In this document: in pieces, positions 47,646 to 57,730 of the stretch
Position numbering within the stretch: position 1 is the stretch's first letter
Layout: the number at the start of each line of letters is the position of its first letter
Origin: Candidatus Eiseniibacteriota bacterium
GTDB taxonomy: Bacteria > Eisenbacteria > RBG-16-71-46
Reading direction: 5' to 3'
Assembly: GCA_038231135.1 (NCBI GenBank)
Contig: JBBRLX010000005.1
Span: forward strand, 32,001 to 96,000
DNA: 64,000 nucleotides
The notes under the pieces: generated by a model
The model's input: the letters and a program-made list of their open reading frames with translations, nothing else
Told to the model about the DNA's origin: nothing
The model's database searches: none
Translations under genes and position numbers: made by a program

Positions 47646-49496
47646 GTGCGATTCCCCCTGCGCTGGCGGCTGCTGCTGCTGACCGTGCTGGCCCCGGCGG
47701 TGCTCGCGCTCGGCACGTTTTGGTACCTGAGCGGCTCCGTCACCCGGCAGGTGCGCCAGGACATCGACGATTCACTGACCCGCGCCGCGCTCATGTTCGA
47801 GAAGCAGCTGTCGGAGCGGGTGGACGCGCTCGCGGTGACGGGCCGGGTGATCGCGCGCGATCCGCGATTCTTCTCCGCGGTGGCGCTGCCCGGCGGCGCG
47901 CGCAGCGCCGGTGCGCGCACCACCATGGCCGGTGTCGCGAAGGACTTCCAGCAGCTCACGCATGCGGACGTGTTCGAAGTGCTGGATCACGATGGCCGCG
48001 TGATGGCGTCCGTGGGCGGCGTGTCGACGAGCGCCGAGGGCCGCGCGAAGCTGATCGCGTCCGTCCGTCCGGGCGAGGAGGCGACGGGACTGCTGATCGA
48101 GAGTGGATCCCACTATCAGGTCGCGTGGATCCCGGTGCGGGTCGACGGCTCGCGGGCGGGCTCGCTGCTGATCGGGCTCCAAATCGGGCCCTCGCTGGCA
48201 AACGACCTCCACCTGCTCACGCGCAGCGAGGTGACGTTCGTCGCCAGCGGCGCCTGCACGGGCTCGTCGCTCCCCGACGGACCGGATCGCCAGGCGCTGA
48301 TCGCATCGCTGAACGGGGGGCCCGCGAAATCCGCCGCCGGCAGGGCCGGGGCCCCGGGCGCGGCCCAATGGGTGACGCTGGCGCGCCCGCTGCCCGGCTC
48401 GGTGGCCGGGGACGGGCAGTGGTTCGTGCTGCAGCGTTCGCTGGCCGCGGAGACGGAGTTCCTCCGCCACGCGCAGCAGGGACTGCTCGCGCTGGCGCTG
48501 GTGGCGGTCGCGATCGCGGCGCTGATCGGCGGGCTCACGGCCGAGGGCATCACGCGGCCGCTGATCCAGCTGGTGCGCGGCGCCGAGGCGATGGAGCGCG
48601 GCAACTACGAGGTGCCGATCGACAGCGGCAGCGGCGACGAGATCGGCTATCTCGGCACGCGGTTCACCGAGATGCGGGAGCACGAACGCAACTACATCGG
48701 GAAGCTCGAGAGCGTGACCCGGCTCAAGAGCCGGTTCATCAGCGTGGCGTTCCACGAGCTGGGCACGCCGCTCACGATCATCAAGGGGTGGAACGATCTG
48801 TTCGTCGAAGGCATGCTCGGGGTTCTCACGCCGGACCAGCAGAAGGCGGTGAACGGGACCCGCGAGAGCATCGAGCACATGATGCAGATGACCGAGAACG
48901 CGGAACGCCTCGCCGAGATCGAAGGCGGCCTCGAGTTGTTCCGCGACGAGCACCAGCTCGCGCTGGTGGTGGAGGAGGCGGTGACGCTGGCGTTGCGCGA
49001 CGCCCCCGGGCGCGGGCTCACGATCGAGCGCCACATCGATGCCACGCTGGGGCCCGCGAACGTCGACGGCCAGCAGCTCATGCAGGCGGTCGCGAACCTG
49101 GTGCGCAACGCGATCCGGTTCACGCCCGACGGCGGCAGGGTCGACGTCCGCGCATTCGCCGATCGCGCGGAGTTCGTGATCGAGGTCGAGGACGACGGCG
49201 ACGGTATCGCACCCGAGCTGCAGCAGGAGCTGTTCTCCGGCGCGTACGTGCAGGTGGACGCGATGCACCACCATTCGTCGAAGACGCTCGAGTACGGCTC
49301 GGCGGGGCTCGGCATCGGCCTCGCGATCGCCCGCGGCATCGTCGAGAAGCACGAGGGCAAGATCGTGGTGGAGAGCGCGCCGGGAGCCGGCAGCACGTTT
49401 TCGATCCGGATTCCGCGGCTCACGGTGGTGCGGCTGCCCGCGACTCCCGGAGCCGGCACCGCGGCCGGCGCCGCCCCGACCGCCGCCGCCGCGTAG
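47646..49496 (+). CDS. Membrane sensor histidine kinase (periplasmic sensor, HAMP, HisKA, HATPase)
   Basis: Two TM segments; ITRPL..L, DEIG.L...F, HELGTPL, NLVRNAIRFT, DDGDGI, GLGIGL, G.GSTF. Confidence 0.92.
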   Translation: MRFPLRWRLLLLTVLAPAVLALGTFWYLSGSVTRQVRQDIDDSLTRAALMFEKQLSERVDALAVTGRVIARDPRFFSAVALPGGARSAGARTTMAGVAKDFQQLTHADVFEVLDHDGRVMASVGGVSTSAEGRAKLIASVRPGEEATGLLIESGSHYQVAWIPVRVDGSRAGSLLIGLQIGPSLANDLHLLTRSEVTFVASGACTGSSLPDGPDRQALIASLNGGPAKSAAGRAGAPGAAQWVTLARPLPGSVAGDGQWFVLQRSLAAETEFLRHAQQGLLALALVAVAIAALIGGLTAEGITRPLIQLVRGAEAMERGNYEVPIDSGSGDEIGYLGTRFTEMREHERNYIGKLESVTRLKSRFISVAFHELGTPLTIIKGWNDLFVEGMLGVLTPDQQKAVNGTRESIEHMMQMTENAERLAEIEGGLELFRDEHQLALVVEEAVTLALRDAPGRGLTIERHIDATLGPANVDGQQLMQAVANLVRNAIRFTPDGGRVDVRAFADRAEFVIEVEDDGDGIAPELQQELFSGAYVQVDAMHHHSSKTLEYGSAGLGIGLAIARGIVEKHEGKIVVESAPGAGSTFSIRIPRLTVVRLPATPGAGTAAGAAPTAAAA

Positions 49497-49526
49497 CCGG
49501 CACGCTCCTGCGGCCGCGCGCCGGGG

Positions 49527-52500
49527 TCAGGGAGTTACGACGAACCTTCGCACCAGACGCCGTCCTGAGGCGTCCAGGCGCGCGAAGTACAGCCCCGCGG
49601 GCACCGCCCCGCGCGACGCGGTGGCGTCCCAGCGAATCGAATAGGCGCCCGCGGCGAACGTGCCGTGCGCGAGCTCGGCGATCTCTCGGCCCTGCACGTC
49701 GATCACATCGAGCCGTACGCGGGTTTCGGCCGGCAGCGAAAAGCCGAACGTGGCGTGGCGGCGGAGCGGGTTCGGCGCCACCGGCGCCAGCGCGAGCGTG
49801 AGCGCGTTCGCTCCGACGGCGGTCGTGCCGCCGATCGCGAACGCGGAGTCGCTGAGATCGGCGGCGGTGTGTCCGGCGGCGTCGTGCGCGACGACTTCGA
49901 GGAACGCGGTCGATGTGGCGGCTCCGCTCACGACCCAGTCGTAGGAGCCCGAGTTCGGCACGCCGAGCGCGATCGTCTGGAACGGCCCGGCCGCGCCGGT
50001 GCGCGACAGCAGCAGGTCGACGGCGGTGACGGCGGCGTTGTCCGTCGCGCTCCAGGTCAGCGCGGCATGCTGGCCGAGCGTCAGCGTCTCGCCGCCCACC
50101 GGCGACACCACCGTGACGGCGGGCGCCACGGTGTCGGCGAACGTCGCTGCGATCACGTGATCGGCGGTCACGGCCGGGAACGTCCAATGGTCGGCCGCCG
50201 GCTGCGCCACGCCATCGACCACGAGCGGACCGCTCGCGAACCCGGCATCGGGCGCGATCGTTACGCCCGCGTCCTGGCCGGCCGCGAGGTGCTGGACGCC
50301 CCCGGGCGTGATCGTGCCGCCGGCGGTCGGCTCGGCCGCGACGAGGAAGCTGTCGGGCTGGCCGGTGACGAATGCGCCGAACGCGCCGAGCCAGGTCGCG
50401 GAGACGCCGGTGGCGCCGTGGCCGAGCACGAGCGCGGGCCACCACTGGGCGCCGTCGTAGCGGCGCACGACGAAGCTGTCGGACACGGCACCCGGGTCGA
50501 GATCGCCGGGTACGAATGTGAACGCGGCGTCGTAGCGGTCGAAACCGGGGCCGTCGGCCGCCAGGTCCCAATGGCGATGGACGTCGCGCGTGGTGTCGAG
50601 CAGCGCGGCCGCCACCGCCGGGTGTTCCGTGCCCCGCGTGGCGGCGGTGACGTCGAACGGCTGTGTGACGTGGGCGAACGTGAGCGCCACCGGTGCTGCG
50701 GTGCCCGCGTCGCCGATCTCGAACGCCGCCGGCACGGCGGAGCCGGTGTCGACGCGTTTGCGCAGTGCGCCGACGACCCAGCCGCCGGTGGCCGCCACGG
50801 TGCCCGGCACGAACAGCGTATCGGCGCCGGCGTCGAGGTTGCCGGCCGCGATCTCGAGGGTACCGCTCACGGTGTGGAGGAGTCCCGGGCCGCCGAGCGT
50901 CACGCCCAGGGGATTCTCGATGCGCAGCGTGGTCCCGGTCGCGGCGAGCGTGGCTCCGGACGCGAAGGACAGCTGCTGGGGCGCCGTGCCCGCGAGCCGC
51001 AGGGTGATCGTTCCGGGGCCGGCCAGCAGCGGCTGCACGGCGGCGGTGCTGGTCGAGACGACGTTGCCGAGCACGGTCAGCGTGCCCGCGCGCGACGCGG
51101 TGCCGGTGATGCCGCCGCCCGACACCGCCGGGTTCACGGGCACGCGCGACAGGTCGCCCGTTACGGTGAGGTTCGTCACGCCGGAATCGCTGAGCACGAT
51201 CGTGCCGCCCGCGGCGCCGGAGCCGGCGGCGCCGCCGAGCGTCAGGCTGCGCAGCGTGAGCGTACCGGTGCCAGGGGTGCCGAACAGCAGCCTGCCGCTC
51301 GAATTCGCGAAGTTCACGATGACGTCGCCCAGCTGCGTGCCGTCGACGGCGATCAGCCTGGAGCCCGCGGCGCCCGCGAACGCGAGCGCGCCGCCGGGAT
51401 CGGACTGCCACGTGCCGTTGACGAGCACGTGCGCCGGTCCCGCGGCCGCGAGCGTGATCCGGTGGCCGCCGTCGGCCAGCGTGACGCCGCCCGCGACACG
51501 CACCGCGCCGTGAGCGAGGTTCGAACCGAAACTGGCGGTGAGCGTGAGGTCGCCGTCGAGGGTCTTGGTGCCCGAACCCGATACCGCGAGCGCCGCCGCC
51601 GGCGGATGATTTGCCGCGCTGACGTTCTGATCGCCCGCGGCGTCGTATTCGACGGTGCTGCCGAGCGCGTACGTCGCGCCGCCGGCGGCCGCGATCACGC
51701 CGCCGAGCCCGGCGGGGTCGTCGATCGCGGTGGCGAGAGTGCCCGTGGACGCGACGGCGAGCGCGCCGCCGCCGCCGATGCCGAACCCGGCGCATTCGAG
51801 CCGGCCGGCCACGTTCAGCGTGCGCCCGGCGCCGACCGCCACGTTGTCCGCCAGCGTGCAGACGGCGCCGGACGCCACGGTCAGGTTCATTTCGATCGGC
51901 GACAGCGACAGCGGCGTGAGCGGCGTGCGGGAGTCGCGGCGGGCGGGCGCCAGCGTGGCGCCGCCGAGCGTGCCCGTGCCGGTCAGCAAGATCGTGAGAC
52001 TGCCGAGGTTCGCGCCGCCGGTGAGGCCGCCATACTCGAAGCTGCCACCCACCGACAGCGTGGTCGGTGTCGCGGCGGTGAGCTCGAGCCGGGCCGTGCC
52101 CGCCACCGTGAGGTCGTGCGCCACCTGGAACGCGCCACCCGCCGCGAGCCGCTTGGGATTCGCCACGCCGCCGTTCTCGCACACGAGGTTCCAGTGCGTG
52201 ACGCCGCCGCCGACCGTCTGCGTGCCGGTGCCGGCCAGCCGCGTCGTGCCGGTTGCGGCAGTGAACGTGCCGGACGTCACCGTGAACGAGCCGTCGAGCA
52301 CCAGCGAACCCGTGCCGAGGTCGATGGCGCCGCCGGCGAGGGTGAACGTACCGTTCGCGACGAGCTGGCCCGGCGCGCCGAGCGACACGGCGCCCCCGGT
52401 CAGCGTGATCGCTCCGTGGGCGGTGAAGCTGCCCCCGGTGATGGCGAGGGTGCCGCCCTGGATCGCGGTCGCGCCGGTCACCGACACGCTGCCGGCGCCG

Positions 52501-55500
52501 AACGTCACGCTGCCGGCCGTCTGCGTGTAGCCCTGACTCACCGCGATCGCCCCGCCGCCCACCGAGAGCAGCGCGTTCGCGCCCACGTCGAGGTTGCGGC
52601 ACGCGAACGCGCCGGTGACGGCGATCGTCGCGGGCGCGGCCGGCGCCAGCAGGACGTCGTCGTTCGGCCCCGGCACGCCATCGGGGCTCCAGTTCGCGGC
52701 GTCGCCCCACAACGTGGTGCCGGCGCCGCCGTCCCACACGATCGTGGGTGGGTCGAAGCCGATGGTGAAGAACGACTGGCCGGGCACCACGTCCTGGGTG
52801 GCTGTGACGGTGCCCGCGGCCGGAACGCCGGTCGTGCTGCCGCCGAGCGACACATAGCTGCCCGCCAGTGTGGCGCTCTGCGCCACGCGCGGGCTCACCA
52901 GATCGGCCACGCCGTCGTCGGATCCGAACGCGATGCCGACGCGCGCGCCGGGGTTGAGGTTCGCGGTGTTGGTCAGCGTCCACGAATGGACGTGATCGAG
53001 CGATTCGAGCGGGGACACCGGCGCGCCGCCGGTGTTGGTCGTCGTCAGCTCGGCGACGACCGTGCGCGACACGCCGCCGGTCGCGACCTGCGCCAGCGTC
53101 ACCGGCCGCAGCTCGCCATCGCGCCCGATCGGGAACGTACGCGTGACGGGGCTCGAGGTGTTGAATTCGATGCCGAGCGGGCCGCTGACGTAGCTGATCG
53201 AGCTGCCGGTCGCCACCGCCGCGGTGTTCGCGAGCGTCACGAGGTTGGACGTCGACGTCACCAGCGTGCCCTGCGACAGCGTCAGCGAGCCTGTGATCGC
53301 GAGCGCGCCGCCGGACAGCGTCACCGCGTGAGGATTGTCGATGCTCAGGTTCGCGACCGTGCGGCCGGCGGGGATCTCGGCCCCGGTGGTGCGCGCCACG
53401 CCCTCGGTGCCGTACACCAGCGTGTAGCCGCCGCTGCCGATGTTGAACGCCGGCGCCACGTCGAACGCGCCACCCGCGATGTTGAGGAACGGGCGGCCGA
53501 TCTGGACGGTGGACGAGCTGCCGCCGCCGCTGCCGAGCGTGATCTTGTAGGCGTGCGTCACGGTGCCGCGCGTCAGGTCCACGCGCCCCGCGACCAGCGT
53601 GGGAATCGTCACCCCCAGCGTGATGCCGGCGGGATTGTCGAATACCAGCCGCTCGATCGGGCCCGTGAGCACGCCGTTGCCCGCGTAGGTCTGCGCCGTG
53701 ACGCCGTCGAACACCAGCCAGCTGCCGGGCAGCGTGCCCAGGATCGCGCCGTCGTTCTGCAACGCGGCGCCCTGCTGCTGGAACGTGAAGCCGTTCAGAT
53801 CGAGCACCGCGCCGAACGGGATCGTGGTGCCGAGGAACGCCTGGGTCACGGGCGAGGCGGCGAAGATCGTCGCGGTCTTGTTGTTCGTCTGGTTGTCGAT
53901 CAGGACGTTGGGCATGGCGCCCGCGATGCGGAAATTGAACCGCGTGGTCGTGGTGCTGCGGCCCAGCATCAGGGTGCCGCCGGTGATCTCGAGCGATTCC
54001 GATGCGACGCGCCAGTCGACCGGCGTGGCCGCGGAGCTGGCCTGGCGCAGCGTGATCGTGCCGCCCGTCATGCGGAACGAGCTGATCGCGTTGCTGAGAT
54101 CGAACGAGCCGAGGTTCGAGCCGCCGTTGCCGGAATTGGCCACCGTGACGGCGCCACCCGACTGGCTCCACGACACCGCGTTCGAGGTCGCAATCCGGCC
54201 CGACACGACCAGCGAACCCGCCAGGATGTCGTAAACAGCACCCGGGCCGGAGCCGAGCGAATTGCCGGAGCCGGTGCCGACGTTCAACGTGCCCTGCGCC
54301 AGCCGCAGGGTGCCGTTCATGGTCGCAGACGCCGCCTGCGCGACGACCGTCAGGTTGGGGTCGTTGAGCCACAGCCCGGACGTCGCGGGCACAACCCACG
54401 CGGGCGCGGCGAACAGCCGGTTGGCGAGCGTGACCGTGCTCGAGATCTCGAGCATGCCGTTCGCCAGCGTGAGAAAGCCGGCGGCGTCGCCGTTCGAGCC
54501 CTGCACGGTGAACGTGCTCGTCAGGAGCTCGAGCACCGAGCCTTGCCCGGAGCCCTTGTCCACCGTGACCGCGCGCACGTCGGTGGTGGCACCCGAGCCG
54601 GAGAATTGGCTGTTGTCGGGGCCGGTGAACGTGATCGCGGCGCCGGCGGTGTTGCTGTTGGTGCTGAAGTCGAGCGTGCCGTTGTTGAGCAGCGTGCCGC
54701 CCAGGGTCAGCTGGTGGGCCACGACGGCGCCCGATGCGGCGGACGCGAACGTGCCGCCGGCGGAGATGGTTACGTTCGAGGTCACGGTCAGCGCGCGGGG
54801 CGTGACGGGCTCGTACAGCAACGTGCCCGCGACGGTGAGCGAGAACGCCGTCGCGCCGGTGTCGATCGTGACGGTGCGCCCGGCGGGGATCGTGACGTTG
54901 TCCGCCGAGGTGGGCACCACGCCGCCCGGCCATGGGGCGTTCACCGTGGTCGAGCTCCAGTTGCCGCTGCCTGCCGCGGTGATCGTGCCCGGGGGCGGGG
55001 TGGCCTGGCTGCCCGTGAGCGGGACCGACGGCGCGGCGGCCTCGTTGGCGGCCGTGATGCGGAAACTGTAGGTGACGCCGGGCGACAGGCCGGTCTGCGC
55101 CAGCGAGTACGTGAAGCCGGCCCCCGGGGTGCTCACCGACGGCACGGTCCCGATCGGCGTGAAGTTGACCCCGTCGCTGGAGCGGTACACGGTGAAGAAC
55201 GTCTCGTTCGTCGAATTGTCGGTCCACTGGACGGTCATGCCCGACTGCGACACCGACGGGAACGTGATCGACACCGGGGCAGCGGGGACGGCGGCGTATT
55301 GCGGCGTGAACGTCACCTGGCTCGCCGTCGCCGGCACCTGGGGCAGTGTGTTGCGTTCGAGGTTGTTGAACGTCGCCGTGTTCGGCGACTGCTGGGCCAG
55401 CAGCTCGGAGGGCAGCGGGGTCATCCCCATCGTGAGCCCGTTGATGCCGCAGCTGTAGGTATAGGCCGGGGCCCCGGGGGTCATGGTGCCGTAGACGAAG

Positions 55501-56066
55501 TCGATGGCGCCCGTCGCCTCATGGAGTCTCACCTGGAAATTGAGGTCGGGACTGGTGTCGAACGGCGTCTCGAGCCCAATCCACTCCACGGTCAGTACGC
55601 GGCTGCCGGGGGCGCCGGTGGTCTGATACTTGACGCTGGACGCCAGCGAGGCGGTGGTGCCCGGATTGCCCTGGGTGCTCAGGTTGTCGTACATCGGAGC
55701 CAGCATCAGCGGGCTGGGAGCGAGGTTCGAGGTGAACGCCGTGTTGCTCGACCCGTAGTCGCTGCTGCCGCCACCCGAGGCGCCCGACGACGACAGATCC
55801 ATGAAGCCGTTCGTCGATGCGCTGAACGAGGTGGACGGCTGGCCCATGTAGTAGAACGTGAATCCGATCGGGGCCGCGATGCTCCGGTTGTCGTCGGTAT
55901 TCGCGCCGTTACGCCATGCCGGCAGGCTAGACCCGGTGGTGGCTATCGAAGCGTAAGTGACACCGGTGGTGCGGGTTACCGGAGCATAGTTCGCGACGCT
56001 CTGGGCGAGTGCGGCGTCGGTTCCGATCACGAGGGCGAGCAGCGCAATGACAGCGGGCCGAATCAT
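49527..56066 (-). CDS. 2179-aa secreted surface protein with FN3, beta-rich repeats and T9SS-type/FlgD-like C-terminal domain
   Basis: Signal peptide ending ALA|Q; FN3 (W.DNS.NE..F.VYRS.DG, GL.PG.TY.FRI.A.N); tail PNP....F.L.....VRL...D..GR....AG.Y...WD....AGLYF.RL. Confidence 0.85.
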   Translation of the reverse strand: MIRPAVIALLALVIGTDAALAQSVANYAPVTRTTGVTYASIATTGSSLPAWRNGANTDDNRSIAAPIGFTFYYMGQPSTSFSASTNGFMDLSSSGASGGGSSDYGSSNTAFTSNLAPSPLMLAPMYDNLSTQGNPGTTASLASSVKYQTTGAPGSRVLTVEWIGLETPFDTSPDLNFQVRLHEATGAIDFVYGTMTPGAPAYTYSCGINGLTMGMTPLPSELLAQQSPNTATFNNLERNTLPQVPATASQVTFTPQYAAVPAAPVSITFPSVSQSGMTVQWTDNSTNETFFTVYRSSDGVNFTPIGTVPSVSTPGAGFTYSLAQTGLSPGVTYSFRITAANEAAAPSVPLTGSQATPPPGTITAAGSGNWSSTTVNAPWPGGVVPTSADNVTIPAGRTVTIDTGATAFSLTVAGTLLYEPVTPRALTVTSNVTISAGGTFASAASGAVVAHQLTLGGTLLNNGTLDFSTNSNTAGAAITFTGPDNSQFSGSGATTDVRAVTVDKGSGQGSVLELLTSTFTVQGSNGDAAGFLTLANGMLEISSTVTLANRLFAAPAWVVPATSGLWLNDPNLTVVAQAASATMNGTLRLAQGTLNVGTGSGNSLGSGPGAVYDILAGSLVVSGRIATSNAVSWSQSGGAVTVANSGNGGSNLGSFDLSNAISSFRMTGGTITLRQASSAATPVDWRVASESLEITGGTLMLGRSTTTTRFNFRIAGAMPNVLIDNQTNNKTATIFAASPVTQAFLGTTIPFGAVLDLNGFTFQQQGAALQNDGAILGTLPGSWLVFDGVTAQTYAGNGVLTGPIERLVFDNPAGITLGVTIPTLVAGRVDLTRGTVTHAYKITLGSGGGSSSTVQIGRPFLNIAGGAFDVAPAFNIGSGGYTLVYGTEGVARTTGAEIPAGRTVANLSIDNPHAVTLSGGALAITGSLTLSQGTLVTSTSNLVTLANTAAVATGSSISYVSGPLGIEFNTSSPVTRTFPIGRDGELRPVTLAQVATGGVSRTVVAELTTTNTGGAPVSPLESLDHVHSWTLTNTANLNPGARVGIAFGSDDGVADLVSPRVAQSATLAGSYVSLGGSTTGVPAAGTVTATQDVVPGQSFFTIGFDPPTIVWDGGAGTTLWGDAANWSPDGVPGPNDDVLLAPAAPATIAVTGAFACRNLDVGANALLSVGGGAIAVSQGYTQTAGSVTFGAGSVSVTGATAIQGGTLAITGGSFTAHGAITLTGGAVSLGAPGQLVANGTFTLAGGAIDLGTGSLVLDGSFTVTSGTFTAATGTTRLAGTGTQTVGGGVTHWNLVCENGGVANPKRLAAGGAFQVAHDLTVAGTARLELTAATPTTLSVGGSFEYGGLTGGANLGSLTILLTGTGTLGGATLAPARRDSRTPLTPLSLSPIEMNLTVASGAVCTLADNVAVGAGRTLNVAGRLECAGFGIGGGGALAVASTGTLATAIDDPAGLGGVIAAAGGATYALGSTVEYDAAGDQNVSAANHPPAAALAVSGSGTKTLDGDLTLTASFGSNLAHGAVRVAGGVTLADGGHRITLAAAGPAHVLVNGTWQSDPGGALAFAGAAGSRLIAVDGTQLGDVIVNFANSSGRLLFGTPGTGTLTLRSLTLGGAAGSGAAGGTIVLSDSGVTNLTVTGDLSRVPVNPAVSGGGITGTASRAGTLTVLGNVVSTSTAAVQPLLAGPGTITLRLAGTAPQQLSFASGATLAATGTTLRIENPLGVTLGGPGLLHTVSGTLEIAAGNLDAGADTLFVPGTVAATGGWVVGALRKRVDTGSAVPAAFEIGDAGTAAPVALTFAHVTQPFDVTAATRGTEHPAVAAALLDTTRDVHRHWDLAADGPGFDRYDAAFTFVPGDLDPGAVSDSFVVRRYDGAQWWPALVLGHGATGVSATWLGAFGAFVTGQPDSFLVAAEPTAGGTITPGGVQHLAAGQDAGVTIAPDAGFASGPLVVDGVAQPAADHWTFPAVTADHVIAATFADTVAPAVTVVSPVGGETLTLGQHAALTWSATDNAAVTAVDLLLSRTGAAGPFQTIALGVPNSGSYDWVVSGAATSTAFLEVVAHDAAGHTAADLSDSAFAIGGTTAVGANALTLALAPVAPNPLRRHATFGFSLPAETRVRLDVIDVQGREIAELAHGTFAAGAYSIRWDATASRGAVPAGLYFARLDASGRRLVRRFVVTP

Positions 56067-56170
56067 TCCGGGGTCCCCTTGGGAAGTTGTGTGCGATGGG
56101 TCGAATCAGGGACGAGCGGAACGGGCGGGTGTGGCAGATGTATCAAACGTTTCGTTCCACCGGTTTGGAC

Positions 56171-56186
56171 TGCAATATGCAAGCCA
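56171..56186 (-). promoter_or_regulatory. Sigma54 (-24/-12) promoter for the giant secreted protein
   Basis: Minus strand reads TGGCTTGCATATTGCA (GG-N10-GC), about 105 nt upstream of the ATG at 56066. Confidence 0.65.
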
Positions 56187-56445
56187 TCGTGCAATATTAC
56201 CGTTATCAAACCCCGGAATTCGGGCGCAGTCAGCGTTTCTCCATACACATCCAGCATTTGCGGGCACGCCGCGTCGGGTCTGATCCGGCCGATCACCTGG
56301 CGTCCAAGGTGGGGAATATCCCACATTTCGGGTGTGTAAAAACCCAGTATTTTGTTATGTTGCAATCAGTTGACGGCATCGTCGTGACTCGTTACACTTT
56401 TTCGGTTGTTTGTTCTCACCAATCGCAGTCTCGGAGCTCTGACCC

Positions 56446-57648
56446 ATGAGAAGCAGGACATCATGGTCATGGGTGACGTGTCTCGTCGCGGCCGGATGCG
56501 CGGGGGGCGCCTCCCTGGCCCACGCCATCACCTGGGCACCATACCTGAGCCTGGACGGGCGGTATGACGACAACGTATTGCATCGGCCCCAAGGGGCCGA
56601 TGACGTGGTCAGTGTGGCGACCCCGGGACTCAAGATTTTCAACCGCGATCCGATCACGTCCTATGACCTGGACGGCAGCAGCGGTTTCACCTCGTATTCC
56701 AGGACCCACTTGAAGACTTCGCGACGTGACATTGCCACGCTCGACCTGACGCACAACCCGGGCTATTTTGAGAAGCTCGACCTCAACGCGTGGTACCAGC
56801 GTTCGGCGGATCCAATCGACTTCCGCCAGGGCACGGTCACCCAGCGCGGGGACGTCAGCAGCGCCGGCGGGACGGGCGAGTTGTCGTTGTTTCGGGTGGG
56901 GGCGGCGGCGGATGTGCGCCGCTGGGATTACGCCGACGGACAGTTGGCCGATGGCCGGTCGACGAACGTGACGGGCCGGCTGTTTCCGGTGAACACCCGG
57001 AGCACGCGATTCGCGCTCGAAGCGCGGCGGAGTGAATTGGAAGTGGGAGACGGGGTGGCGCTCCAGGCTGGTTACGAGACCGCATCATTCAGGCGGCAGC
57101 ATTCCGACAACTTCTGGTCGGAGCTCGAGGCCGGCCGTGTGGAGGCGCGATTTCGCGACGGCACCCGCAAGGTGCATTCCGCGATCGCCGCGTCGTTCAG
57201 CCGGTCGAGCGGAGGCGCGAGGACGCCGGTCACCCTGTCGGTCCGGGTCGCCGACGACATCGCGACCACCGTCGATGCCGGGCTCACGGGCCGGGGCGCC
57301 GGCCGGTCCCTGGGGCTCCGCTACGAGACGCGACTCGATGCCGACGGTGGTCTCTACCGCGTGCCCACGCTCAGCCGGCGCGGGACGCTCGACGCCAGCG
57401 ACACGCTCGGCGGCCGGCTGGTGATCGACGCGAACGGCAGCTTTGCCCGCATCCGTGCGTTCCACGGGAGCGGGCCGGGAGTCGACCAATGGCGCGCGGA
57501 AGCCGGAATCTCGAAGCCGATCGGCCCGTGGCTCACGGCGCGGGTCGCCTACGACTTCCTGCGCCAGGATGTGCCGCTCCCGGGCAGCGACAGCAAGTTC
57601 GATCGAAGCCGTTACAGCATCGGGTTCACGCTGGCCCCCGCGCAATGA
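56446..57648 (+). CDS. Outer-membrane beta-barrel associated with polysaccharide export
   Basis: Signal peptide; YDDNV and D.....TPGL N-terminal pattern; amphipathic strands; first gene of the EPS cluster. Confidence 0.7.
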   Translation: MRSRTSWSWVTCLVAAGCAGGASLAHAITWAPYLSLDGRYDDNVLHRPQGADDVVSVATPGLKIFNRDPITSYDLDGSSGFTSYSRTHLKTSRRDIATLDLTHNPGYFEKLDLNAWYQRSADPIDFRQGTVTQRGDVSSAGGTGELSLFRVGAAADVRRWDYADGQLADGRSTNVTGRLFPVNTRSTRFALEARRSELEVGDGVALQAGYETASFRRQHSDNFWSELEAGRVEARFRDGTRKVHSAIAASFSRSSGGARTPVTLSVRVADDIATTVDAGLTGRGAGRSLGLRYETRLDADGGLYRVPTLSRRGTLDASDTLGGRLVIDANGSFARIRAFHGSGPGVDQWRAEAGISKPIGPWLTARVAYDFLRQDVPLPGSDSKFDRSRYSIGFTLAPAQ

Positions 57649-57730
57649 CGGGCACCGACATGACCGCTCGCATCATCCTCAGGACCGCAGCAACCTCGCC
57701 GCCCGAAGCCGCGACGGAAGGAGCCGTGAA

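Noticed and set aside
49420..56339. 1935-aa and 2224-aa alternative ORFs over the giant secreted protein
   Set aside because: Arg/Ala/Gly-rich off-frame and antisense readings; the 2179-aa frame carries the signal peptide and domains
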